Assembly (NCBI GenBank): GCA_051530055.1
Contig: CM121343.1
Span: 714,389-778,388, forward strand
Reading direction: 5' to 3'
DNA: 64,000 bases
From: Neoechinorhynchus agilis
Lineage: Eukaryota > Animalia > Acanthocephala
Part shown: positions 40,570 through 51,950 of the stretch, one piece after another
How positions within the stretch are numbered: position 1 is the stretch's first letter
Layout: the number at the start of each line of letters is the position of its first letter
The notes under the pieces: generated by a model
What the model saw: only the letters and a program-made list of their open reading frames with translations
Database searches by the model: none
Told to the model about the DNA's origin: nothing
Program-made: the position numbers and the translations under genes

Positions 40570-41612
40570 AACCCGCTAAGGAGTGTGTAAAAAGACACCT
40601 GCCAAATCGACTGGCCCTGAAAATGGATAGCGCTAGAGACGTACAAATGGCTTGACGTGTAGAAGCGCGTATGCGGTGGTGTTGAGACTTGCACCGTGAG
40701 GTGGAGTGGAGCCGCCGCTAGTGCAGATCTTCGTGGTAGTAGCAAGTATTCAAATGAGAGCATTGAAGACTGAAGTGGAGAAAGGTTCCATGTGAACAAC
40801 ATTTGGACATGGATCAGCCGATCCTCGAAAGGGAATCGGGTTAATATTCCCAAGTCAGGATGCGGTTTATGCTCGATCTATTTAGATGCTCTTCTTGTGC
40901 AGATGATGTTCAGCATAAGTGGTGACACGAGCTATCCCAGAGAATAACTATACGAAGTCTGGAGAAGAGTTTTCTCTTGTTTGTTAGGAACTTTATCCGT
41001 GGAATTAGATCGTCTGTTGATAGGGTACACGTTCCGCAATGCAGCGCAATTCATGCGATGTACCGAGCGCTTCGCATTGTCCTTGAAAATCTGGGTGCGA
41101 GAATATTCAGACCGTACCTGTTCGTACTGATTTCCGCAGCAGGTCTCCAAGGTGAGTAGCCTCTAGTCGATAGGGAAACGTAGGCAAGGGAAGTCGGTAA
41201 ATTAGATCCGTAACTTCGGAAAAAGGATTGGCTCTACAAGCTGAGCTGGCCGGGCTGTCGCGAGAAGCGGTATGTTGTCGACTTTTGTATCTATCTCAGT
41301 TATATGCTCTTGCGAAAGAGTCGAATTCCAGGACGGAACTTGGTGCTGAGTACTGTGGGCAGCGATAGCTATGCTCCGCTTTTGTTCTGCGTATCCAAAC
41401 GGGTACGCTCGCTTCTTGCTCGGGGATCCGATCAACGTTAAACAGCTGGCCTAGAACTGGTATGGACAAGGGGAATCCACTTGTTTAATTAAAACAAAGC
41501 ATTGCGATAGCTGTAATCGGTGTTGACGCAATGTGATTTCTGCAAAAGTGCTCTGAATGTTAAAGTGAAGAAACTCATTTAAACGCGAATAAACGGCGTA
41601 CGTAACTATGAC
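40570..41612 (+). pseudogene. Orphan 28S rRNA gene fragment (~1 kb, D6-D8 region up to the R2 target site)
   Basis: Conserved LSU blocks CCGCTAAGGAGTGTGTAA, GTGCAGATCTT.GTGGTAGTAGCAA, CGAAAGGGAATCGGGTT, CCGCAGCAGGTCTCCAAGGTGA, GATCCGTAACTTCGG, TGTTTAATTAAAACAAAGCAT and AAACGGCG..GTAACTATGAC. It is flanked by transposon debris and has internal deletions. Confidence 0.93.
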
Positions 41613-42030
41613 AAACGATGAATCGCGTAATTCGCACGCGGAAGAAATCATGAAACAAAAGGAAAGGAAATAGCTTCCGAAACGCGAAGCAATAGCAAAA
41701 CGATTCAGCGTCCCTTTAGCCAACGTGGATACTACCGGATTCGACGCGGGTGCACGTGGAAGCTACGCTCCGATATTACTGAAAATGCTAAAACGAATGA
41801 ATTTAAGTTTTGGCTCAGCACTGAACATGTGCCAAACTGCTGCCGCGAAAACACTTATGACATACTACACGACTGAGCTTCTCAACAGGATTATGTGAGG
41901 TTCGTGATGGGATTTTCTCCCTGACGAAAACAGGAGTTCCTAAGGGTCCATAAACCCCGTAATTCATCCTACGGCGGCTCCGGTTCACACCCTAAGTCCA
42001 TTGATAGTGTGCGCCAATATCCGATCGCGG
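41613..42030 (+). mobile_element. 5'-truncated R2 retrotransposon (RLE C-terminus plus putative 3' UTR)
   Basis: The frame reads EEIMKQKERK*LPKREAIAKRFSVPLANVDTTGFDAGARGSY...LKRMNLS...* (stop 41896-41898), resembling the vertebrate R2 C-terminus (Y.P..EAIA...V..VD..GF..GARG). It follows the 28S sequence directly and in the same orientation. Confidence 0.8.
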
Positions 42031-42039
42031 CATCACCAA

Positions 42040-43520
42040 TACAAAATTAACTTCCACTTCTAAGGAAAATTGTGCACGTTTTGCCCAGGAACGTTCTGAA
42101 AAGAATCACAAGGGCGCGTGATATCAGGCCGCAAAGAGATTCACCTCTCAATTGATAGACTGCATCGAGGCTAACTCATAGTTGTCGAGGATGCATCTCT
42201 TTGCGTTCCCTAGTTTAGTGTTTTCCGCTTGTGATGTTTCTGAAGTATCTCTGACTACAAAAATAGAAAGCGAATAAGTTTTTTCAAAATAATCTCGCGC
42301 GCTCAACTGTATCTTCTGGGTAGCTGCGTTTTTGATGAAAATATACCTGAGGATATCGTCCAAATAGCGCTCAGAATCGAATTGCTCTGCGAGCGTACGA
42401 CGGAACTTCCATTCCATCGGGCATTATTCTTGATAAAGAATGCCTTGTTCCTTCCGAAGTTGCTGTACAAGTTGCGTACAGCGCCCTTCTTCAAACATCG
42501 ACACTCCTTGGGGAAAATCGATGACAATTTAAGGAGGTATCAAAGGGATTTTAAATATCCAACTGTCGGATGAGGCATGGAGACAAGCTTCCTTACCTGT
42601 ATCTTACGGCTGTTTGCGTATCCGTAAAACAGCCGATGTCGCGATTCCGGCTTTTGTAGGTTCCTATGATGACAGCCGAAAGTTGGTCGGAAAATTGTTA
42701 AAAAAAGAGTTTTTACTCGACGAAAATTTTAGAGGCGGTAATTGAATTTTGCCGCATTACGCAGTGCGATCAGGTTCTCTTGAGAGGCAAGAGACAGTCA
42801 GTTTGGGACAAACCTTTAATCACGCGAGTTCACAACTCAATGCTTTCTGCCCAAGTTAGATTGTTGGCGGTCTCCTCGAAGGAATCCGGTGCCTGGCTGA
42901 ACGCCGTTCCGATTCCTTCGATCGGAAATTTACTGACGGACGAAACATAAGGATCGGAGTGTCCTTACGACTGGGTCTCCCGATTTGTGTCCCACACTAC
43001 TGTCGTTGTGGAGCCTTTGTGGATACTTCGGATAGACACGGTCTTGTCTGTCGTCAGCCCGGTGGCAGGTATGCTCGCCACGCCGAAATTAACTCGGTGA
43101 TTAGTCGGGCCTTGAATGGGATACACGCACTGAATCTGCTCGAACCGAGTCACCTCTGCAGATTCGATGGTCGAAGACCGGACAGGGTAACTGTGTTCTC
43201 GTGGCGAGAAGGGAAATCCCTTCTCTGGGACGCCACTTGTGTGGACACACTTTTCCTGTCCAATCCAAGATATTCATCGCGATGCGAAGGAGGCGCCGCA
43301 ATTGCAGCGGAGGAACGCAAGCAGGGCTTAGTACGCCGAACTCTTAAGGGCACACCACTTCGTTCCTTTCGGCGTTGAGACACTCAAAGCATTCTGTGTC
43401 GATGCCAAGAACTTCACGGCGGATCTGTCAAGGAAGATGAGAATAAGCAAGAGCAGGAATGTTCTTCTTACAAAACATAGGTCTCACGATCTAGCGCTGC
43501 AGCGCTGCAGGTGTCCTTGC
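42040..43520 (+). mobile_element. CRE-clade retrotransposon remnant with the RT deleted (N-terminal region fused to post-RT, zinc knuckle and RLE)
   Basis: VLKRIxKGA; LFLIKNALFLPKLLYKLRTAP; LRLGLPICVPHYCRCG...RHAEIN; DGRRPDRVTVFSWREGKSLLWDATCVDT. Confidence 0.85.
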
Positions 43521-43524
43521 GACA

Positions 43525-45349
43525 ATTATGAGTGGCGAAGAGATTGATCTGGGAAGTTAGCTTTGACGAAAATTTTACCCAATGCCTTTCGGCAGTATGC
43601 GAGCTACGTAAGGAATATGTCCAGGAGCCTGAAAACCGTCGTAGCTTAAATCGCTCGCTTGCTGGACGCGTTTCTTCGAAACTCGCAGATGGGGATGTCA
43701 GAGAAGTTCGCCTTTTATCATCAATTGACAGTCTCGCCAAAGCTAACGAAGAAACTTTACGAACTCTTCGTTCTAAACATTCCATTGACGGCAGCCGGCG
43801 GTATTTCGTGAAGTTCTAATCCTTCGATACGATCTCTTGTGGTTTATCATCGAAATCAGAATTGAAGATGACAATCTCCTATTTTGCTAACGGATCAGCT
43901 CATGGGCTTGATGGTCTCCGGCGCCAACACTTAAAAGAAAATTATTTCCTTTTCAGTGGTTGACGCTGCTCAGTCCCTTGAAGATGCATTGGCACGCTTA
44001 GCCGACCAATTTGCCCGATAGCAATTGAGCTATTTGTCGGCGCATCTTTGTGAACAATCGCGAAAAAGGAAGGTGGGATTCGCCCCATTGCTTATGAAAC
44101 AACTGTGTGCCGCACAGCAGCAAATTTTTTAACTAAAAGGATCATGGAAAAAGTAGGGATGCAGCTTCGCCCGACCCAGTTAGGCTGCTGTAAACCTTGT
44201 GGCGCAGAAGCGATCGTTCATTCACTCCGTACGTTCATTACCGGAAACTCAAAGCCGCGCGTGGTCTTGAAATGTTATTTAAAAAATGCATTCAACACAG
44301 TTCACCGAGCAGATTTGCTCGAAGTAGTTAGAGATCACGCACCAGAAGCATTTCGCAATTTCGTTAATGCCTATGGGACTTCAACTCCCTTGTGGTTCAA
44401 TAACCACGTTTTGTGGTCAGAAAGAGGGGTTCAACAAAGGGACCCTTTTGGCCTTCTCATTCGCAGTCGCGCACTCTCTCCAGTCCTGCTTTAACGGCTG
44501 GAACCTGGACGATGCCACGCTCGGAGGTAACCCTCTGTTGTACTGCGCGATTTGGAGACACTCGTTAAAGAAATGACGAAAATTAGCATTGAACTGAATT
44601 CTGTGAAATGCGGGATTCAGAACATGGCCCCGGGATAGAATTGAACACTCTAGACCGGTTGAGTCTTCAAGGAAGTTGTATTTTTGATTCTAATACGGAA
44701 GCGGAGATTGCCAATCTTCAACCGCAACTTTCGGTGCTGTGCGAACGAGTTGATGAATTATCTTCACACGAGACTGTCCCCGATCAAGAACACCCTCTTG
44801 ATTCCAAAATTGCTATATAAGCTGCACACAGTACCTTTTTAGACATAAGATAAGATGGCAAAATTAGACGAGACGGTGAAAGCCTCTTTCGAGAAAATTT
44901 TAAATACTCAGCTGCCGGACGAGGCCTGGCGTTAGGCGTCCTTGCCTGTATCGTCCGGCGGTTTGGATATCCGCAAAACAGTTGATTTTTTCCGCCAGCT
45001 TATTTGGGATCGTATGAAGCAAGCCGCAAAATAGTTCAATCTTGTCTTTGCGATAATTACACTTTGGATGACGATTTCGTGAAGGCTCTTAATCATTGGT
45101 GTGGAGATTCCGATAGCGAGCAGGTCTCCGTTAATGGTTGCAAACAATTAGTTTGGGACTCTTCCTAGGTAGAATTCATAACTCTTTAATTTCAAATTCT
45201 CGTGACCTGGTGAACCCAACTCGATTGGCGGCAGTCTTTACAAGAGAAACGGTTGCTTGGCTCAACGCTATCCCAATCGCTTCTGTGAGTACCTTTCGGA
45301 CGAAACAGTAAGGATTGCAGTCTCCCTGAGACTTAGGGTACCGATGTGC
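43525..45349 (+). mobile_element. Second CRE-clade remnant (pre-RT, RT and post-RT), multiple stops and frameshifts
   Basis: RVSSKLADGDVR; GGIRPIA; QLGC...GAEAIVH...LKNAFNTV...GVQQRDP; W(N)LDDATL; W.*ASLPV. Confidence 0.87.
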
Positions 45350-47134
45350 CCTCAATTCAAAGCCACTATTATTTTATCTGTGGAGAATGTTAACGATATT
45401 GTACGTTTAATGTTTCTAGCGTCCCCATAGTATTCAACTCCAGAGGCAGAAAGCCCGACCTGCGCCAGAAATTCTACGGCACTTTTTGAATAGCTCAGCC
45501 AAACTCTAATTCGAGTGGATCCACGCGTTAGACTGCGCCTCTAAAGTCACTTAATGGAACCAATTTGTGTGAAAACTTCCAGCCCGGCATCCTCTCTTGT
45601 ATCATAAAACATGGTTTTCCATCGAATTTTTTTCACATTGCGGTGCTACATTGTGAACTCAAAATCCTAAATGGCCTTGGGTGTATGACAGTGGTGCCAC
45701 ATTGGCTGGCACTTTCAAACGCAATACTGAACAGATCCGCTTTTTGGAATACCATTGCAGAACAATTTCTCACTCCGCCGTCTCGTCTTCGTACGTGCCA
45801 TGGATCCACTGCCATAGAGTTCGAAGAATATGGAGAACGGATATGCGTATCCCATTAAGCACTCTAAACAAAACCTTTGTGTATGGCTCCGAACAAATCC
45901 TATAGCAAGAAGGATAGACGAAAGGAACAGACGTGATTCCCTGGTTGTTCTTAATCTGTCCCTCGAGCACCAGCGGTGAGCTATAGATTCTCGATCAGCT
46001 CATACTGACCGAGACAACAAGTGACTTGGGCAGCTTCGTTCATCACTGACAAATCTTATCCAGAAGAGTACTGCTGACCACAAATGGAGAGGCGCGGAGA
46101 AAAGGACGTAAAAACAAATGATTGTCACATTCTGCTGCGTTAGGTAACTACGCCGTTGAACGGTAAAATCTCCCCCTGACTCTGGTATCCACGTCAGATT
46201 GATGACTGCCAGAATCCCACTAAAACTTCATAGTCAAATGACTCTAATAAGTGCTTATGCTCCATCTCTGGATCAAAGTGAAGATAAAAAACTTTCCAGA
46301 ACAATCATCAATGCTCCAGCGACAGTTTTGGAAAAGAAGAACACGCTTGGAAAAACATAAACGAACCCCATGCAATCGTGAAACGCAACAATAACAATGG
46401 ATATCTAATACTTCATCTTTGTGAAGAAATTGAACTACACACTGCAAACACATTTTAAAAGCTGACGAAAAATACAAAAAGTACATAGATAAATTGAAGC
46501 TCTAAACATTGGCTCCTACTTGACCATGTAGAAATGACTAAATGTTTAGCAGACTTCAGAGCCTCCAAATCATTCCCTAAATAGGTCCAATGCTGAAAAG
46601 ACAACAAAATAATAACCTCACTTCAATCAAAATGACACTCCATCGAGCTCCGGTTAGAGTTCGGATTCAAGATTCATTGTTCATTCGAAAAGTGCACTAG
46701 AGCGAAACTGTCAAAGATTCCGAGATGTACTACCCCGAGAGATCCGCTAACTTTCGTTGAAATCTTAAAAGTGTTTTCGAACACTGTTCAGTACGGAACT
46801 TTATCAAGATCTCTCTCCTCATAAGATTGAATAAACTTAAAAAGTTCTTAGTTCAGTGTAAATTGCACTTATTGAACGAAAGTGAGAAAGATTGGATTCA
46901 TCCGCAATTGGGACATATCAAAAGTTACGCCTTTCATTGCCCACTTGACTCAAACATGGTCTTGAAATATGAGCATTTCAGTCCTGAAAACGAGTGAGAA
47001 TCATCGACGTATCCGTTACAATCACAAAATATCATTATTCGCACATCACAGCTTTAAAGACTTTGGCTTAAGACATTGGTCGGAACAGCTCATGCAATTC
47101 GTTTATCATTTCAGGCAATTATCTTATGAAAAAG

Positions 47135-47780
47135 AGATATTTAAGCAATCAACATACAATATTATCCATGCTGATCGATGATGGTATTTTCCGACTACGC
47201 AGTGTAAATGTTACTCAACGCTTAGCGATTAATGGACGTATAACGAAAATGTCGAGACAAAAATTATATACAAACAAATGCTTTTAGAATTAAAATTAAA
47301 AAGTAAAAGTATAATCGTTGGATTATAAAGAAATCCTAAACAAATAGACACTTATCGTTTGTCTACATATTAAAGCAAAGTCCATCTATGATATGCGCAT
47401 CGAAGAAAGCAACCAAGGAGTTATTTGAAAGTATTCGAGTAGTAGACAACTTCAGTATAAGCTATACTTTTTAATAGAACTGAATATTCACATATAATCG
47501 CTGGAAGCTTCTTCGAAACTAGAACTGCTTCTAAATAATCAATAAAAGATGTCAGATCATCCTTTCGAAAATCTATTAAATGTGGATTTTTTTATCCGGA
47601 AATATTATTTTTATGAAATCCGCACACAAAAAGAGAAATAAACATAGCTGAACAAAGTCCGAATGTTTATCTTTTTGGTCACGATAAGGCGTTGAGTAAC
47701 ATTTACACTGTTGAGTCGGCAAATACTACCGTCGATCTGCATGGATAATGCTGTAAATGGATTGCTGAGCTGCTCTGAGA
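47135..47780. mobile_element. MITE-like foldback (~90-100-bp imperfect TIRs), duplicated in the other arm at ~52790-53410
   Basis: attatccatgc.gatcga...ccgact...cagtgtaaatgttactcaacgc at 47161-47223 is inverted at ~47688-47750; no TSD was identified. Confidence 0.65.
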
Positions 47781-48599
47781 AATGTCTGAAATCAAAAGCA
47801 TGGAAGCTCTAAAGAATACATTAACGGAAGTCAATTATACCTTTTTATTATATCGGATGCGTTTTGGATTCTCATACGTTTCATTACTAAAATACTCCTA
47901 GACAATGTCCGAGTCAAGTTGGCAATGTTGGGCGTCTTTTATGATATATCGACACCACAGATAAATCAAGTCTTTCTCTCTCTCGTTCAAACCAATTTTC
48001 TAAAATATCAATTTATGTCAGGAGGTAAGAAACAAAGGAAAATGTTACAAATTTGGTTTACTAACAACGAAACGGCTCAAAGTTGGATACCTCGAATCAT
48101 CATGGAAGACTCAATATCCGCATTTGAACTCAATTGAACTAAGAACAATCGCGAAAAAGGGGACAAAGGAGTCCGCTACTTTGGCTCTTTGAAATGAATT
48201 TGAATAACGCAATCAACAAAGCGAAATTCTTGACAATTATCGTATTGGGATGCAGTGATTAATTGGAAGAAATAAAAACGTTCAATGAGCAACGTAACCA
48301 GAATCTTCATTTAAACGTTGATAAATCGGGCAACAAAAGTTCAAAGTTCAATCGCCAAAATTCGCTCGATGGTAAGCACAATCAAGAAAGAGCGAAATTG
48401 GCAGAGACTTTACAAATCCTTCATGTAAGCCGCTTAAGATTGCAATTACCGACCACATAACCCAAATTCGTCTAAGGCCTACAATGAAACTAATCAAATT
48501 ATCCACTCGATCATAAAGACGAAGACTAAAGTTCGGTTGTTCAACAATAAAGAAATATTCCTCTTAAACATTCTCAAGGAGAAGAGAAGCATTGATCCG

Positions 48600-50100
48600 A
48601 ATAACGGGATATACAGAATAAAGTGATAGACTTTTTACCGGATAAAACGATGTGGGGCAAATGAGAATCACAAAAACATAAGCAGGTCTACAGCCGATTT
48701 GGGCACTATTCCGCTAAATCCAATAACCAAGATATTCTGTAAAATCCCGTAGATTTTCATGGCCCGCATTTTGTGGAGAGAGAACTGAACCCTAAAAGGT
48801 GCCTTGTCCCGTCCAACTCCCTGGGAAGGAAACAAGACTTTGGCTAAAACTATCGGCGAGCGGCTTGTTGAAAATTGACGATCCCTCAATTTAGATTGAA
48901 ATGCATTTGCAATGTACTGCACAGACTGACTGCGGTGGACACTTCACTTTCCTATGGCAATATCAAGAGATCCATAGATAGTGGAAGCACGATATTTGAA
49001 CGAACCACAGCCTGACGATCCACGTGGAGCAATGGGCAAGAATCACTTTTCCATCCGGAACTGTTAAAATGATTGTTGATTCTGGCACCGGAAGGTAATC
49101 GAGTAGACAACTTCATTACCTCTCTGAATTCAACAGTGAGAACTGTTCGTATTTTTCATGTCCAGCTACGAGTGAGAATTTATCCGACGAAAGGACAACG
49201 ATATCGCTGCTGTACAGCGAGTCTTAGAAGAAAATGATGTTGTTAGAGCCGAAATAGTAGTTATTTTGACGAGCAACTACTGCAGCACCGGCTTCTATAC
49301 AAACTACGAAGGTTTTTTTTATCGATGGAATACGAAATTCCGAGTCAATTTATCAAATATAGGAACTTCGGGCGTGCAAAATGTCAACCATGGCAAAAAG
49401 TGGCATTCAGATCTGATGCAAAGCAGGAAGTGAGCTTTGCTTTGTATCTGGTTGATTCGGAGAGTCATTTAGGGAGGCGATGGCGATTACCCCAATTTCA
49501 TCAGTGGTTTGTTCTTTAAATTCGACCTGTTCAAAATGTTATTAACGGTGTTTCATGCAATCTCCGGGACAGGAGTTGGTCACTTGTCCGACGATGTGCA
49601 TAGCAGGAGCGATCAGCCGGTACAAAAATAACAATGGCAGCAAAGTACCAACATCCATTGTTGTTGTTTACAGCGACGGCCAGCTCGGATATATCGGGAT
49701 GAGTGAACGTCAACAAATTCTCAAATCGATTAGTATGGTCGTTGGATCAAGTGAAAACGAAGCGCCGAAGCCAATAATCACGTACATTGTAGTAAAGAAG
49801 CGAATCGATTTCCGATTCTTCATATTGGGCAGTCCAAACGAACCTTTGACCAACCCCATTAGCGGTCTTGTTGTTGGAAGAATTTTTGACGGTGGAACGA
49901 TGGAGAGATTTCTATATTGTGGCACAAAGAGTTACTCAAAGTTCAGCGACGTAACTTCAACATCCAGGCGGATAAAAACGAGTTCTCGATGGACGAAATG
50001 CAGCAAATCTCCTATAAGTTGTGAGCAATAGGAGTGCCACCAGCGATCGCATTCACCTTAAACAGAATACAATTTCAAAATCATTTCATAAATGACACTA
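48600..50100 (+). pseudogene. Piwi-clade Argonaute pseudogene, left copy (PAZ remnant, MID and PIWI domains)
   Basis: EIVVILTSN; EIPSQFIKYRNF; AKSGIQI*CKAGSELCFV; SSVVCSLNSTCSKCY*RCFMQSPGQELV; VYSDG; ITYIVVKKRIDFRFF; NPISGLVV. These align with the Piwi motifs VPSQ, KIALQMNCKLGG, VASLN..TRWYSR..Q..GQEL, YRDGVGDGQ and FIVVKKRI..RFF. Stops and frameshifts are present. Confidence 0.88.
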
Positions 50101-50659
50101 TTCGACCTCCGAAGATAATCTTGATCCTTCATTATAATCGTTTTTCGTCCAAAAACCTTTTTCTGAATTTATGCCAACTTTGATTAGGGCGGCAAATGTC
50201 CTCTGTAGCGTGGAATTCCTTTGATTTTGTTTCTAAGTGCAAGTCCGAAGATTAGAACACCACGAAGAATAAATCGCAAATCGCTGAACATCACGTACGA
50301 GAATCCATAAAATCTATAACGGTCGTTGCTATTCAGGTTCCGATCGAGATTTGGCTTTGGTGATGATTGATTACTCAAATAAAAATACGCTACCCTTCGT
50401 CCGTCAATTGCGGTGTCTTCATAATAAAAAGTGGAGAAGTTGCATAATCAATACGTAGAATACTAAAGAACTCCTTGAGCATCGCCATGGCAACCAAACC
50501 ATCGATAAAATCACAAAATTAGCGTTCCCTTGGATACGGAAGAACTTACAATTCAATTCTTAGACGTTGTTTTGATTTGGTAGTTATAGAAAACTGGTCT
50601 CATGGCGACTTCGTCTTCCTTATGCCGCTTCTCAAGCGTCCCCAATCTTTAGACCATTG

Positions 50660-51950
50660 AGGGAATCTCTCCATCGTCCCAAGTTCTGCCAACAACAAGA
50701 CCGTCATCGAGATTTGTTTGGACTGCCCAATATGAAGAATCGGAAATCGATTCGCTTCTTTACTACAATGTACGTGATTTTTGGCTTCGGCGCTTCGTTT
50801 TCACTTGATCCAACGACCATACTAATCGATTTGAGAATTTGTTGACATTCACTCATCCCGATATATCCGAGCTGGCCGTCACCAATTCCGTCGCTGTAAA
50901 CAACAACAATGGATGTTGGTACTTTGCTGCCATTGTTATTTTTGTACCGGCTGATCGCTCCTGCTATGCACATCGTCGGACAAGTGACCAACTCCTGTCC
51001 CGGAGATTGCATGAAACACCGTTAATAACATTTTGAACAGGTCGAATTTAAAGAAGAAACCACTGATGAAATTGGGGTAATCGCCATCGCCTCCCTAAAT
51101 GACTCTCCGAATCAACCAGATACAAAGCAAAGCTCACTTCCTGCTTTGCATCAGATCTGAATGCCACTTTTTGCCATGGTTGACATTTTGCATAAAGTTC
51201 CTATATTTGATAAATTGACTCGGAATTTCGTATTCCATCGATAAAAAAACCTTCGTAGATTTGTATAGAAGCCAGTGCTGCAGTAGTTGCTCGTCAAAAT
51301 AACTACTATTTCGGCTCTAACAACATCATTTTCTTCTAAGACTCGCTGTACAGCAGCGATATCGTTGTCCTTTCGTCGGATAAATTCTCACTCGTAGCTG
51401 GACATGAAAAATACGAACAGTTCTCACTGTTGAATTCAGAGAGGTAATGAAGTTGTCTACTCGATTACCTTCCGGTGCCAGAATCAACAATCATTTTAAC
51501 AGTTCCGGATGGAAAAGTGATTCTTGCCCATTGCTCCACATGGATCGTCAGGCTGTGGTTCGTTCAAATATCGTGCTTCCACTATCTATGGATCTCTTGA
51601 TATTGCCGTAGGAAAGTGGAAGTGTCCGCAGTCAGTCTGTGCAGTACATTGCAAATGCATTTAATCTAAATTGAGGGATCGTCAATTTTCAACAAGCCGC
51701 TCGCCGATAGTTTAGCCAAAGTCTTGTTTCTTCAGGGAGTTGGACGGGACAAGGCACCTTTTAGGGTTCAGTTCTCTCTCCACAAAATGCGGGCCATGAA
51801 AATCTACGGGATTTTACAGAATATCTTGGTTATTGGATTTAGCGGAATAGTGCCCAAATCGGCTGTAGACCTGCTTATGTTTTTGTGATTCTCATTTGCC
51901 CATCGTTTTATCGGTAAAGTCATATCACTTTATTCTATATCCCGTTATTC
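50660..51950 (-). pseudogene. Piwi pseudogene, right (inverted) copy
   Basis: Mirror of the left copy; it retains YSDGIGDGQLGY, shares the TGA and TAA stops, and is truncated earlier at the 3' end. Confidence 0.88.

Noticed and set aside
40570-41612. Functional rDNA unit
   Set aside because: Only ~1 kb of 28S is present, with core deletions, no 18S/5.8S/ITS, and transposon flanks.
45350-46585. Possible gene remnant between the CRE copy and the left palindrome arm
   Set aside because: Several short frames are present, but none has a recognisable motif.
49325-51036. Functional Piwi gene or a non-standard genetic code reading through the stops
   Set aside because: Stops fall at Asn, Ser and Trp positions alike, there are frameshifts, and the first catalytic Asp motif (GID) is missing. 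Host genes use standard stops.
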